From NCBI GenBank assembly GCA_963662285.2, contig CAXXMV010000006.1, positions 1 through 64,000 of the forward strand: DNA of 64,000 nt. Direction: 5' to 3'. The notes beneath the pieces were generated by a model, which worked only from the letters and a program-made list of their open reading frames with translations, was not told the origin of the DNA and made no database searches. This document shows positions 1-8,873 of the stretch, in pieces. Every line of letters starts with the position of its first letter. Position 1 is the first letter of the stretch. This stretch comes from a bacterium (lineage in GTDB: Bacteria > Hinthialibacterota > Hinthialibacteria > Hinthialibacterales > Hinthialibacteraceae). A program made the position numbers and the translations under genes.

Positions 1-2942
1 GAATTATCTAAGTACTTTTTTAATTCTTCAACATCATCATCGGCTCTCAATTCTATCCATTTTTTATGCGCCTCTTTTGCAATTTCATCTTTATTTTCTT
101 TATGTGCAGCGATAGCGCGGAACAACCAATTCAATGCACTTTTATCATTAATATTGTTCACTTCTTGACTATGATTTAACGCAAGTTTCCATTCCTTCTT
201 TTTCAGATAAATTAAACCGATATTTCCTAGCGCATTCGCTTTATCTTTTCGATTCTCTGCTAATTCAACAGCTTTTCGCCAATCTGATTCGGCTTTTTGA
301 TATTCCTTAATAACATAAAAAAGCCTACCTCTACTAGAATGATGTTTAGAATTATTTCGAGAATAATTAATGTCAAAAGTTAATTCTCTTAAATCATCAA
401 AGATATCATCAGTAGCTATTTGTATGGCATTTTCAGAAATAGCCCATTCAATAAATCCTGTTGGTGGATCAATAACATTATGAATATTTGCATATGTTAT
501 TGATTTAATTTCAATCCAATTTGCAATGTCTGATAAAGTGACATTCCGGAGATCGGCACTACTTAAATCACACTGTAGGAGGTTGGAACTAGTCAGGTCT
601 GCATGCTGGAGAGAGGCGAAATTCAAATTTGCATTCTGGATATCTGTATCTATAAGTTGAGCCTGCTCGAGGTTAGCAAGAAACATAGTTGTATCTTTAA
701 GTATGGCATTACTCAAATTTGCATGCTGGAATTCGGCTAAACTCAATTCGGCATTCCTGAGGTTTGTTCTAGTCATCGTGGCATGCTGAAGGTTGGCGCG
801 AGCCAGATTGGCATGCTGTAGGTAAACATCACTCAGATCGGCATGATGAAGGTTGGCATCACTCAGATCCGCATACATGAGTTTGGCATGAGTCAGATTG
901 GCATTCATAAGGATGGTATTAGTCATAGTGGCCTGATTGATGTAGGAATACTTAAGATAGGCCTGTTGAAGGTTGGTATCACGCAGGTCAGCCTGATGAA
1001 TTTTTGTACCTATCATAGTTGCATGCTGAAGATTGGCTTCAGACATAATAGCATGTTGGAGGTTAGTGCGAGTTAGATCGGCCTGCTGGAGTTTTGCATA
1101 AGATAAAGTGGCATATTGAAGGTTGGCGCTAGTTAGATTGGCCTGTTGCAGATAGGCATCTTCGAGATTAGAATATGGAAGAGTAGATGAAATTACAATC
1201 GCATTTTGTAGATTAGAGGATTTTAAAATACAATTTTCTAATGTGACATTGGATATATCAGATCCATGAAGATCTACATAAGAAAAATCAACTTTCTTAA
1301 AATGGACGAAAGGCAGTGAAGCATTCGCGATGATTGCGCCAACTGCACTAACATTTTCAAAGTGTTGTGGTGGATTTATCGCATAAGATTTTTTGGTCTC
1401 TTCGTTATATCGCAACTTGTTTAAGATGATTGCTTCTAGTTTAACACCAGTTAAATTCGCATCAGATAATGTTGCATTCTTGATTTTGGTATTATTAAGA
1501 ACTGCTCCTCGTAAATCCGCTTCGGTTAAATCTACTCCCTCAAGATTAGTTCCCCTTAAATCCGCATTCACCATAAAAGTGTTCTTGGCTATGGCGTAAC
1601 GTAAATCCAAGTCTCTCAAATTGGCGCCTTTTACCTGTTGCAATTCTGCACCCGACCAGTTGGCTGGCTTTTCAGACATATCTTGATTCGAGAAATCAGC
1701 TTGCGCCCAAGGGATATAATCCGGGAAGACGCCATTTATGGCAAAATCTGAATATATGTATCCTCTCCACGAAAATAATATTAAGAAACATAGTAGAAGA
1801 ATGGGATAATAATTCCATCTCGTTTGCTTTCGCAATGTATTTCTCATTGTTTCAAAAAAGTAAAAACACATTCCTAATGCAATGGTTAAATAACCTACAT
1901 GCACAGTTGTCCATGTCATGTCATGTACGGGTAGATACCGATACCAAAGCATGGCAATGGTGAGAGGTACAAGAAACCACGCTAAAAAGATGGATAAATA
2001 GTATTGCAAATGCGAAAATGCGGGTCGATTCTTCCTAAGCAATGGAACATAGGTGCAAACCAGCCCGCTTAGCAGCCATGGATCAGCTTTTTTATCGAGT
2101 CGGGCGCCATCCTGAAATATGGCAGGAAGATCGGCCAGATGTTCCCATAGACGTTGCAGGTAAAGATGTAAATAAATATACGTGCAAATTAAAATAAAAG
2201 GTACCGCCCAATAGAATTTAACAATCGGTATTTCCGTCCCGATGATAGGTAGAGGTGAAGAGGAAGAATTGGTGATCAGTCGCACATCGGAAGTAGTCGC
2301 AATGGTCAACATGGTATAAAGACATGCAGCAACAGAGCCAAAAAATATCTTGCGGGCGCGTTCAGATATTTTCTCTATGGTGTTCAATCCTTCAAATTTG
2401 ATGTTCTCAGGGAGAGGGCAACCAGAAATATTAGCGCCGGAAAAATTCTCTTCTACTAGGTTCTTAGCACCAATTATATTAGCATCTTGAAGATTGGCAT
2501 TATAAAAAATGGCATCTTTGATATCAGCTTTATTAAAGTCAGTTCTGGTAAGATTAGCCCCTGTTAAGTCAGTTTTAATGAGAATGGCTTCCTTTAGATC
2601 GGCTCCTTCTAGGTTGGCACAACTAAGGTTGGCATTGCGAAGGTTTGCCTCAATTAGTATGGTTCCTTTGAGTTTGGCTCCGATTAATTTTGTTTCACTG
2701 AGATTGAAAAATCTGAGGTCGAAATTACTGAGATCAACTCCACTGAGATCAAGGCCAAAGAGATTGGCAATACTTTTGTCAGTTTCTCTGGTTACGTCTT
2801 TCCAGGAGTCGTTTCTTATGAGATCGTTTTTCCTGATGATGGCTTTACTGAGATCAATTTCAACATCAGGGTTTTCTTCTCGCCATTTATTCCAATTATC
2901 CACACCGCTTTTTAGAATCTTCAGTTGTTCTTCATTCGCCAT
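1..2942 (-). CDS. Large pentapeptide-repeat protein with central transmembrane region and C-terminal TPR-like helices (partial; 3' end beyond the left edge)
   Basis: Absent from the ORF track because it has no stop in the window. ATG at 2942 reads MANEEQLKILKSGVDNWNKWREENPDVEIDLSKA, a typical pentapeptide-protein N-terminus. The same frame is open where I spot-checked it (about 2500 'AIFYNANLQDAN', 1600 'LRDLDLRYA', 1-60 'WIELRADDDVEELKKYLDN'). Many A-[ND]-L-x-x repeats; hydrophobic segments at about 1750-2360; TPR-like 'KANALGNIGLIY' near 200-250. Confidence 0.85.
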   Translation of the reverse strand, partial: MANEEQLKILKSGVDNWNKWREENPDVEIDLSKAIIRKNDLIRNDSWKDVTRETDKSIANLFGLDLSGVDLSNFDLRFFNLSETKLIGAKLKGTILIEANLRNANLSCANLEGADLKEAILIKTDLTGANLTRTDFNKADIKDAIFYNANLQDANIIGAKNLVEENFSGANISGCPLPENIKFEGLNTIEKISERARKIFFGSVAACLYTMLTIATTSDVRLITNSSSSPLPIIGTEIPIVKFYWAVPFILICTYIYLHLYLQRLWEHLADLPAIFQDGARLDKKADPWLLSGLVCTYVPLLRKNRPAFSHLQYYLSIFLAWFLVPLTIAMLWYRYLPVHDMTWTTVHVGYLTIALGMCFYFFETMRNTLRKQTRWNYYPILLLCFLILFSWRGYIYSDFAINGVFPDYIPWAQADFSNQDMSEKPANWSGAELQQVKGANLRDLDLRYAIAKNTFMVNADLRGTNLEGVDLTEADLRGAVLNNTKIKNATLSDANLTGVKLEAIILNKLRYNEETKKSYAINPPQHFENVSAVGAIIANASLPFVHFKKVDFSYVDLHGSDISNVTLENCILKSSNLQNAIVISSTLPYSNLEDAYLQQANLTSANLQYATLSYAKLQQADLTRTNLQHAIMSEANLQHATMIGTKIHQADLRDTNLQQAYLKYSYINQATMTNTILMNANLTHAKLMYADLSDANLHHADLSDVYLQHANLARANLQHATMTRTNLRNAELSLAEFQHANLSNAILKDTTMFLANLEQAQLIDTDIQNANLNFASLQHADLTSSNLLQCDLSSADLRNVTLSDIANWIEIKSITYANIHNVIDPPTGFIEWAISENAIQIATDDIFDDLRELTFDINYSRNNSKHHSSRGRLFYVIKEYQKAESDWRKAVELAENRKDKANALGNIGLIYLKKKEWKLALNHSQEVNNINDKSALNWLFRAIAAHKENKDEIAKEAHKKWIELRADDDVEELKKYLDN

Positions 2943-3157
2943 AATTGAAGCCTCATTGAAATATATGGATTTTGCCTGTGTGGATTCCTTTGGGTATACT
3001 AAATAACTATTTCTACTATCTCATACCTAATCGACAAAATATAGGGAAATGCTGTATTATTTAACTATTTACTAACAAGTAGTTAAATGCTGCCAAACCG
3101 TAAAAATATAGCGATAGCTCGCCTCATACTGCTTCACTATGTTTAACTATTCCGTGT

Positions 3158-3200
3158 TGTCTGAATCATGATGCCCAGGATTGAAGGATATTCAGGATGG
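3158..3200 (+). repeat. Partial TGTCTGAATC(A)GGAT-family repeat
   Basis: tgtctgaatcatgatgcccaggattgaaggatattcaggatgg resembles the left arm of the element at 48304-48434. Confidence 0.6.
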
Positions 3201-3310
3201 GGAGCGTTGGGCTTCATATTAGGCAGCCTTGGTTGGAGCCTTCTTTTTTGTATTTATTACAAATACTAAAGTTTTTTGAGACATTCAGGGTTTGCTTATT
3301 ACCGGAAGTT

Positions 3311-3355
3311 ATCGCATCAAGGGCTGAGCGCATTGCGCTCTTGCCCTTGGCACCC
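3311..3355 (+). repeat. REP-like hairpin repeat, CAAGGGC...GCCCTTG-GCACCC family, copy 1
   Basis: atcgcatCAAGGGCtGAGCGCAtTGCGCTCttGCCCTTGgcaccc; near-identical copies at 5993 and 8797. Confidence 0.85.
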
Positions 3356-3595
3356 GTATTCGTGGCGCCACCCAATCCGTAGGGGCGTCTTTTATGGGCG
3401 CCCTGAACCACTTGCGCATCACGCATCCCCAAGTTTAGAAAAACATTCCGGTACATATCATTTGACTCCTAGAGGTATTGAAAATTCGGGCGCCCACTCC
3501 TTGGTGCATCATATCGGGCGTCTATAAAAGGCGCCTCTGCGGTTTTATCCTATGTTTTTTTATTGGAAGAAGTCGTTGAATTATCATAGTTTTAG

Positions 3596-3660
3596 TCAAG
3601 GGCAGAAAGGACACTGCCCTTGGCACCCGTATTTGTAGCGCCCAGCGCGCCCTACATTTT
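3596..3660 (+). repeat. CAAGGGC family copy 2 (short-loop variant) followed by a GTAG/CTAC-type REP-like segment
   Basis: tCAAGGGCAGaaaggacaCTGCCCTTGgcaccc then gtagcgcccagcgcgccctacatttt; the short variant recurs at 49593, and a similar '...gcaccctacatttt' lies at about 25004-25034. Confidence 0.75.
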
Positions 3661-3766
3661 ATCTTAGGCAATAGGGCGCCTGTTCGCGTTTTGGGGAAGC
3701 CTTTTTGGGCGGCTTTTTGGAGTCAAAACGTGATTCGAAAATGGCTTAATTTTTGTCAAAACTGCT

Positions 3767-4138
3767 CTACGCCAGTTTTTTGTTGCGCCAAAATGCTCCT
3801 ACGCGGCCTTCCTTCTTTTTATTTTGGGTCATTAACGCAAAATTTGACTGTTCGGGCGTTGCGTTTTGGATGTTTGATTGGTCGTTGATGGCTTTTGTTT
3901 CGGATTTTTTGGAATTATTCATGGCTTGATGGGCTTTTTGGATGGCGTTGGCCATCTTTTGCAGCATTCTGGATCGCGTGTTGACCGCAGAACAGAACAA
4001 ACGGAATAATGATTTTGATTCGGCTTTGTCGGGATTGAAGACTTCTTTTAGTTTCTTCGACATTTTCGTTATGCAGTGTTCTAGAGTATCGATTATGTCA
4101 TCATCTAATTGGGTGGGCATTGCGATTGCAGTATTCAT
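3767..4138 (-). CDS. Hypothetical helical protein (123 aa)
   Basis: Strong RBS AGGAGG before ATG 4138 (MNTAIAMPTQ...); a consensus sigma-54 promoter lies just upstream. The ORF-track start at 4213 is probably too long. Confidence 0.65.
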   Translation of the reverse strand: MNTAIAMPTQLDDDIIDTLEHCITKMSKKLKEVFNPDKAESKSLFRLFCSAVNTRSRMLQKMANAIQKAHQAMNNSKKSETKAINDQSNIQNATPEQSNFALMTQNKKKEGRVGAFWRNKKLA

Positions 4139-4185
4139 TTGCCGCCTCCTGCTAATAGATTTTTTTGCTTCCTGATACGCATTAT

Positions 4186-4201
4186 GGCAAAAACCGTGCC
4201 A
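4186..4201 (-). promoter_or_regulatory. Sigma-54 (-24/-12) promoter
   Basis: Minus strand reads TGGCACG-GTTT-TTGCC, matching the TGGCACG-N4-TTGC consensus, about 50 bp upstream of ATG 4138. Confidence 0.75.
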
Positions 4202-4598
4202 CTTATTGAACATTTGTTTAGAGTGGTTTGATAGAATAGTATTTTTATGGGGAGGGATTAATGTTTTTTACTTTGTTTCGCTGATGAGCATTTCAAATAA
4301 ATTGGGAAATATTGGCTTTTTTTAAGATCAAAGGTGATGTGTGAATAATTAGTTGGATTGAGTGGTTTATTGTTGAACATATATGATGAGCCGCTAAAAA
4401 GTGTACGTTAGACGATACTTACACAATATTTTGTATACGTCAGGCTTGGACATCTATTAAGTATCGTAGTAATAAAAAACGTTTAAGAATTTTTACCGTT
4501 TCGCTATATATATTAAAGATAAATATGTTGGTCACGGGCTTGCAGTAAAGGTGATTATTTCGCATAATCGTTGAATATTGTTTAATTTTGGAGGGATC

Positions 4599-5882
4599 AT
4601 GGAAATCCTTGTCGTAGGTGGTGGAGGGCGTGAGCATGCGCTGGTCTGGAAATTAAAGCAATCTCCTGATTGCGGAGTAATCTGGTGCGCTCCCGGTAAT
4701 GCTGGCATCCGTGATCTGGCTGAAATAGTTCCAATCGGAGTGGATGCGATAGATGAACTGGTTGAGTTTGCGCAAGCGAAAAAAGTTGATCTGGTGGTTG
4801 TCGGTCCCGAAGCTCCTTTGGCTAATGGATTAGCGGACGTCATGCGTGAAAAGGGAATCGCGGTTTTCGGTCCGGGCAAAGCTGGCGCCCAGATTGAAGG
4901 CTCTAAAAGTTTCGCCCGCAATTTGATGGATAAATACGGCATCCCTTCTCCAGAATTTGGAACATTTGATAATCCTGATGATGCCAAAGCCTTTGTGCAG
5001 AGTCTGGCTGATAAAGGCAAGCAATGCGTAATCAAGGCTGATGGCCTTGCTGCGGGAAAAGGCGCCATCGTAACCAGTGATGTTGAAGAGGCAGGCGCCG
5101 CTATTGATTTATGCATGGTCGAAAAGGCTTTCGGAGATGCGGGGGCGATAGTCGTGGTTGAAGAACGACTGCGCGGCCCGGAAGTCTCTATCCTCGCCAT
5201 TACTGATGGGAAGCATTTGGCGATTCTTCCCCCTTCGCAGGATCATAAACCAATCGGTGAAGGCGATACCGGCCCCAATACTGGCGGAATGGGCGCCTAT
5301 TGTCCGGTTCCTATAGTTGATGATGCGCTGCTGAAGGAGATACGCGACACGGTTCTGGAACCGGCGATCCGCGGCATGGCAGCGGAAGGCGCTCCCTATT
5401 CAGGCGTGCTTTACGCCGGGCTGATGCTGTGCGACGGCAAACCTTATGTGATCGAATTTAACTGCCGTTTTGGCGATCCGGAAACTGAAGCGGTGCTGCC
5501 AGCCATAGATATTGATTTGCTGCCATTGCTAGTAGGCGCCGCCAAGGGCGACATCGGCGAAGACCAGGTGATTCCAGCCAGCCAGTATGCGCTGTGCGTC
5601 ATTATTGCTTCAGCAGGTTATCCCGGAGCCTATAAAAAAGGCATCACCATCAAAGGCATGGAGGGAATTGCAGAAGCAATGGATCAACGGGCCATCGCTT
5701 TCCATGCCGGAACAAAGATGGATGGAGATAATGTGGTCACTTCCGGCGGGCGCGTGTTGGGCGTAACCGGATTGGGCGAAGATTTCGATGATGCCTATGA
5801 CAATGCCTACGAAGCGGTGCAACGCATTCAATTTGATCAGGCGTATTACCGTAAGGATATCGGGTACCGGGTGCGTAGCTAG
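4599..5882 (+). CDS. purD: Phosphoribosylamine--glycine ligase
   Basis: ILVVGGGGREHAL, APGNAG, IKADGLAAGKG, QDHK...GDTGPNTGGMGAY, EFNCRFGDPE, SGGRVLGV; RBS GGAGG before ATG 4599. Confidence 0.97.
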   Translation: MEILVVGGGGREHALVWKLKQSPDCGVIWCAPGNAGIRDLAEIVPIGVDAIDELVEFAQAKKVDLVVVGPEAPLANGLADVMREKGIAVFGPGKAGAQIEGSKSFARNLMDKYGIPSPEFGTFDNPDDAKAFVQSLADKGKQCVIKADGLAAGKGAIVTSDVEEAGAAIDLCMVEKAFGDAGAIVVVEERLRGPEVSILAITDGKHLAILPPSQDHKPIGEGDTGPNTGGMGAYCPVPIVDDALLKEIRDTVLEPAIRGMAAEGAPYSGVLYAGLMLCDGKPYVIEFNCRFGDPETEAVLPAIDIDLLPLLVGAAKGDIGEDQVIPASQYALCVIIASAGYPGAYKKGITIKGMEGIAEAMDQRAIAFHAGTKMDGDNVVTSGGRVLGVTGLGEDFDDAYDNAYEAVQRIQFDQAYYRKDIGYRVRS

Positions 5883-5914
5883 AACTGTAATAACAATATA
5901 TTGATTTAATGAAT

Positions 5915-5953
5915 ACGCGGAACGGTTTAAGAAACTGTTCCGCGTGTTTTTTT
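5915..5953 (+). terminator. Intrinsic terminator after purD
   Basis: acgcggaacggttt-aag-aaactgttccgcgt hairpin followed by a T-run. Confidence 0.75.
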
Positions 5954-5992
5954 AGGGGAACTATGATAAAAATCAATGGATTATAAGAGGTG

Positions 5993-6037
5993 ATCGCATC
6001 AAGGGCTGACCGCATTGCGGTCTTGCCCTTGGCACCC
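5993..6037 (+). repeat. CAAGGGC family copy 3
   Basis: atcgcatcaagggctgaccgcattgcggtcttgcccttggcaccc. Confidence 0.85.
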
Positions 6038-6065
6038 AGCGCCCAGGTATTGCGAAGGCGGCTTG

Positions 6066-6212
6066 TATCAACCCTCTCCTTACCTCTCCCAATCTTGGGA
6101 GAGGAATGTTAGACCACAGTGTTTTATGTGACTAAGTCAAACAATCTAGATGGTTATATCTCCAAAATCCCTCTCCCCCAAGCCTGGGGGAGAATTCAAG
6201 AGGGGGTTGTTT
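6066..6212 (+). repeat. About 147-bp composite REP/MITE-like element (two CCTCTCCC..GGGAGA hairpins); inverted homologue at 45351-45498
   Basis: Aligns end to end with the reverse complement of 45351-45498; a degenerate copy of its right half follows at about 6352-6445. Confidence 0.8.
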
Positions 6213-6536
6213 TCAAAATTTTGGATTTTCCAATTGACGTTATAATCATAATCTAACTGCCGTTTTTTTGGTTCAGAGTTTTTAAGAAAAAAAAATCCGC
6301 CTTGCATCTTAGAAGAATATTTTTTGTTTTAATGCGTCAAAAAGATATTACTGGTTATATCTTCAAAATCTCTCTCCCAAGTTGGGGAAGAATTCAAGAG
6401 TGGATGGTTTTATAAAACTGTAGATTATCTATATGGCGTTATAATTATTGGTATACTTGGTTCGATTGCGGGACGCCAAATTCACTTTGTGTTCCCTGGG
6501 TGAAAAATTGATCGGTGATCCGGGAGGATTGATAGG

Positions 6537-7169
6537 ATGGAATGGTTGATTTCTTTTTTGCAGGTATGGTGGAACGGCATGGGGCTTGAATTGCAGATTT
6601 TTTACGCCATCGGGCTTATGTCTTCGTTTATCATATTAATTCAGGTTCTCTTGATGTTTTTGGGCATCGGCGCCGATATGGAAGTGGATGATGTCAGCGG
6701 CGCCGATGGAGGAGATCCGTCGGACGGTCTTCATCTTTTATCAGTTCGCACGATCACGGCATTTTTTATGGGATTCGGATGGACGGGAGTCATCGCCCTT
6801 CGTAACAGTTATATACTGGAAATAGCCTTGATTTTCGCTATTTTTGTTGGATTAACATTTATGGCGGTGATCTTCTATCTTTTGAAATCGCTCCACAGCC
6901 TTCGTGAGAGCGGGACGCTCGATTATCAAAACGCAATCGGAGCGTCGGGAGTGGTCTATACCCCTATCCCCCCCCATGAATCAGGCGCCGGGCAGGTGGA
7001 GATCACCATTCAGGGAAGGCTCTGTTGCGTGCATGCGTATACGACCTCTGAGGAAAAATTACTAAGCAAATCCAGAGTTAAGGTGATTGATCTAGTCGAT
7101 CCTCAGACTCTGTTGGTTGAACCAATCACTAAAAAATCAGAAAAATCAGATGAAGTTAAAGCAGTATAA
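6537..7169 (+). CDS. NfeD-like membrane protein (TM helices plus C-terminal OB fold)
   Basis: Hydrophobic N-half; C-terminal 'IGASGVVYTPIP...GQVEITIQGR...VKVIDLVDPQTLLVEP'; sits directly upstream of an SPFH gene, the classic NfeD-flotillin pairing. Confidence 0.8.
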   Translation: MEWLISFLQVWWNGMGLELQIFYAIGLMSSFIILIQVLLMFLGIGADMEVDDVSGADGGDPSDGLHLLSVRTITAFFMGFGWTGVIALRNSYILEIALIFAIFVGLTFMAVIFYLLKSLHSLRESGTLDYQNAIGASGVVYTPIPPHESGAGQVEITIQGRLCCVHAYTTSEEKLLSKSRVKVIDLVDPQTLLVEPITKKSEKSDEVKAV

Positions 7170-7193
7170 TAATTCCCGTAAGGAGGGGAAAAA

Positions 7194-8675
7194 ATGGGTA
7201 TAGAATGGCTGTTTCTCGCTGGTGGAGCTATCTTGGTGTTCTTTATCACCATATTCAGCTTCGCCGCCCGCTACAAACGTTGTCCCTCGGATAAAATCCT
7301 GGTGGTCTACGGAAAAGTCACAGGCCGTAATGCTACGGGTGGAGGGCTGTCGGCAAAATGTTTTCACGGCGGCGCCTCTTTCATCTGGCCTATTATCCAG
7401 GAATATCAGTTTCTCGATCTAACCCCAATTCAGATTGAGATTCGGCTGGAAGGCGCTTTGTCACAACAGAATATCCGCATCAACACGCCGTCCACCTTCA
7501 CCGTCGGCATCTCCACCGAACCGGGCGTCATGGAAAACGCCGCAGAGCGTCTCTTGGGATTGACCTTACCCCTGGTTCAGGATTTGGCCAAAGATATTAT
7601 CTTCGGTCAGCTGCGTGTGGTGATCGCCACCATGTCTATTGAGGATATTAACGCTGACCGAGAAAAACTGATCGAAAATATTTACTCTGGTGTGGAAGGC
7701 GAGTTGAAGAAAATCGGTCTGCGCCTGATCAACGTCAACATTCAAGACATTACCGACGAATCGGGTTATATCGATGCGCTGGGTAAAGAAGCCGCCGCCC
7801 GCGCTATCAACGAAGCCAAGATCAAAGTCGCCAACCAGGAACGCGATGGTGAAATCGGTAAAGCGGAAGCCGAGCGCGAGCAGCGCGTCCTGGTCTCCAA
7901 GGCCAAGGCTGAAGCGGTGGAAGGGGAAAACAAGGCCGGGATTACCGTTGCTCAATCCAACGCCTTCCGGCGTGAGCAGGAAGCCGAAGCCGAGCGAAAA
8001 GCTGCGGTGGCCGAAAAAGTCAAACAGGCGCAGGCTCTTCAAGAAGCTTATACCGCCGAAGAACAGTCCGAGCGGGAGCGCGCCAAACGTGAACAAGCCA
8101 CCCAGAACGCCAATATCGTCGTTCCCGCAGAAATTGAAAAGAAGCGCATCGAAACCCTGGCCGAAGCCGAAGCGGAAAAGATCCGCCGTATGAAGAAAGG
8201 CGAGGCTGATGGAATTCTTTCGGTGATGGAAGCGCAAGCTGAAGGTCTGAAAGCGCAATTGACCAAGAAAGCGGAAGGTTTTCAGGAGATTGTGCGCGCC
8301 TGCGGCGGCACTCCTGAACTAGCCTCGCTGATGATGATCACCGAGCAACTTCCCGACCTGGTGCAGGAGCAAGTCAAAGCCATCTCGAACCTCAAGATCG
8401 ACAAGGTCACCGTTTGGGATAGCGGAAAGAGCGCAAACGGGAAATCGCAAACCGCCGATTTCCTCTCCGGATTGGTCGGGTCGCTTCCTCCATTGCACGA
8501 ACTGACGAAAAATGTAGGTATCGAACTTCCAGAGTATCTGGGTAAAGTCGCGGAAAATCCCGAAGCCGCCGAAGCATTGTCTGAATTCGTTGAAGAGCAA
8601 AAAGCCAAGAACGCGGCTAAAGAAGCACCACACAAAGTTCCAGAGACAAAGCCGGATAAAAAACCGGAAAAATAG
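7194..8675 (+). CDS. Flotillin / SPFH (band 7) family protein
   Basis: N-terminal TM, RYKRCPSDKILVVYG, SPFH core (GQLRVVIATMSIEDINADRE, GLRLINVNIQDITD), AEA-rich coiled coil, IDKVTVWD. Confidence 0.92.
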   Translation: MGIEWLFLAGGAILVFFITIFSFAARYKRCPSDKILVVYGKVTGRNATGGGLSAKCFHGGASFIWPIIQEYQFLDLTPIQIEIRLEGALSQQNIRINTPSTFTVGISTEPGVMENAAERLLGLTLPLVQDLAKDIIFGQLRVVIATMSIEDINADREKLIENIYSGVEGELKKIGLRLINVNIQDITDESGYIDALGKEAAARAINEAKIKVANQERDGEIGKAEAEREQRVLVSKAKAEAVEGENKAGITVAQSNAFRREQEAEAERKAAVAEKVKQAQALQEAYTAEEQSERERAKREQATQNANIVVPAEIEKKRIETLAEAEAEKIRRMKKGEADGILSVMEAQAEGLKAQLTKKAEGFQEIVRACGGTPELASLMMITEQLPDLVQEQVKAISNLKIDKVTVWDSGKSANGKSQTADFLSGLVGSLPPLHELTKNVGIELPEYLGKVAENPEAAEALSEFVEEQKAKNAAKEAPHKVPETKPDKKPEK

Positions 8676-8695
8676 TCATTCATCACTAAATATTC

Positions 8696-8731
8696 AAAAG
8701 CCAGGACTGGATATATTCGGCCCTGGCTTTT
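8696..8731. terminator. Bidirectional intrinsic terminator
   Basis: aaaagccagg...cctggctttt between convergent genes. Confidence 0.7.
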
Positions 8732-8796
8732 GATATTTTAATTAGTTTTTTTCTGGAGTGACGGGTGGTTCGGGAGTGGTATTTCCGTTGTAGTTG

Positions 8797-8841
8797 ATCG
8801 CATCAAGGGCTGACCGCAATGCGGTCTTGCCCTTGGCACCC
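8797..8841 (+). repeat. CAAGGGC family copy 4
   Basis: atcgcatcaagggctgaccgcaatgcggtcttgcccttggcaccc, followed by a partial duplicate gcccttggcgccc. Confidence 0.85.
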
Positions 8842-8873
8842 GCCCTTGGCGCCCAAAATATAGGAACACCCAG

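Noticed and set aside
843-3006. Plus-strand ORFs 843-1076, 1393-1599 and 2509-3006
   Set aside because: Antisense shadows of the periodic pentapeptide-repeat gene on the minus strand.
3197-3888. Short ORFs 3197-3382, 3214-3456, 3276-3527 and 3691-3888
   Set aside because: They run through REP-like palindromes; the shared peptide MRSALDAITS (also in 5737-6015) merely reflects the DNA repeat.
7566-8686. Long antisense and alternate-frame ORFs over the flotillin gene (similar ones over purD, che and nuo genes)
   Set aside because: They fully overlap well-supported conserved genes and carry no recognisable motifs.
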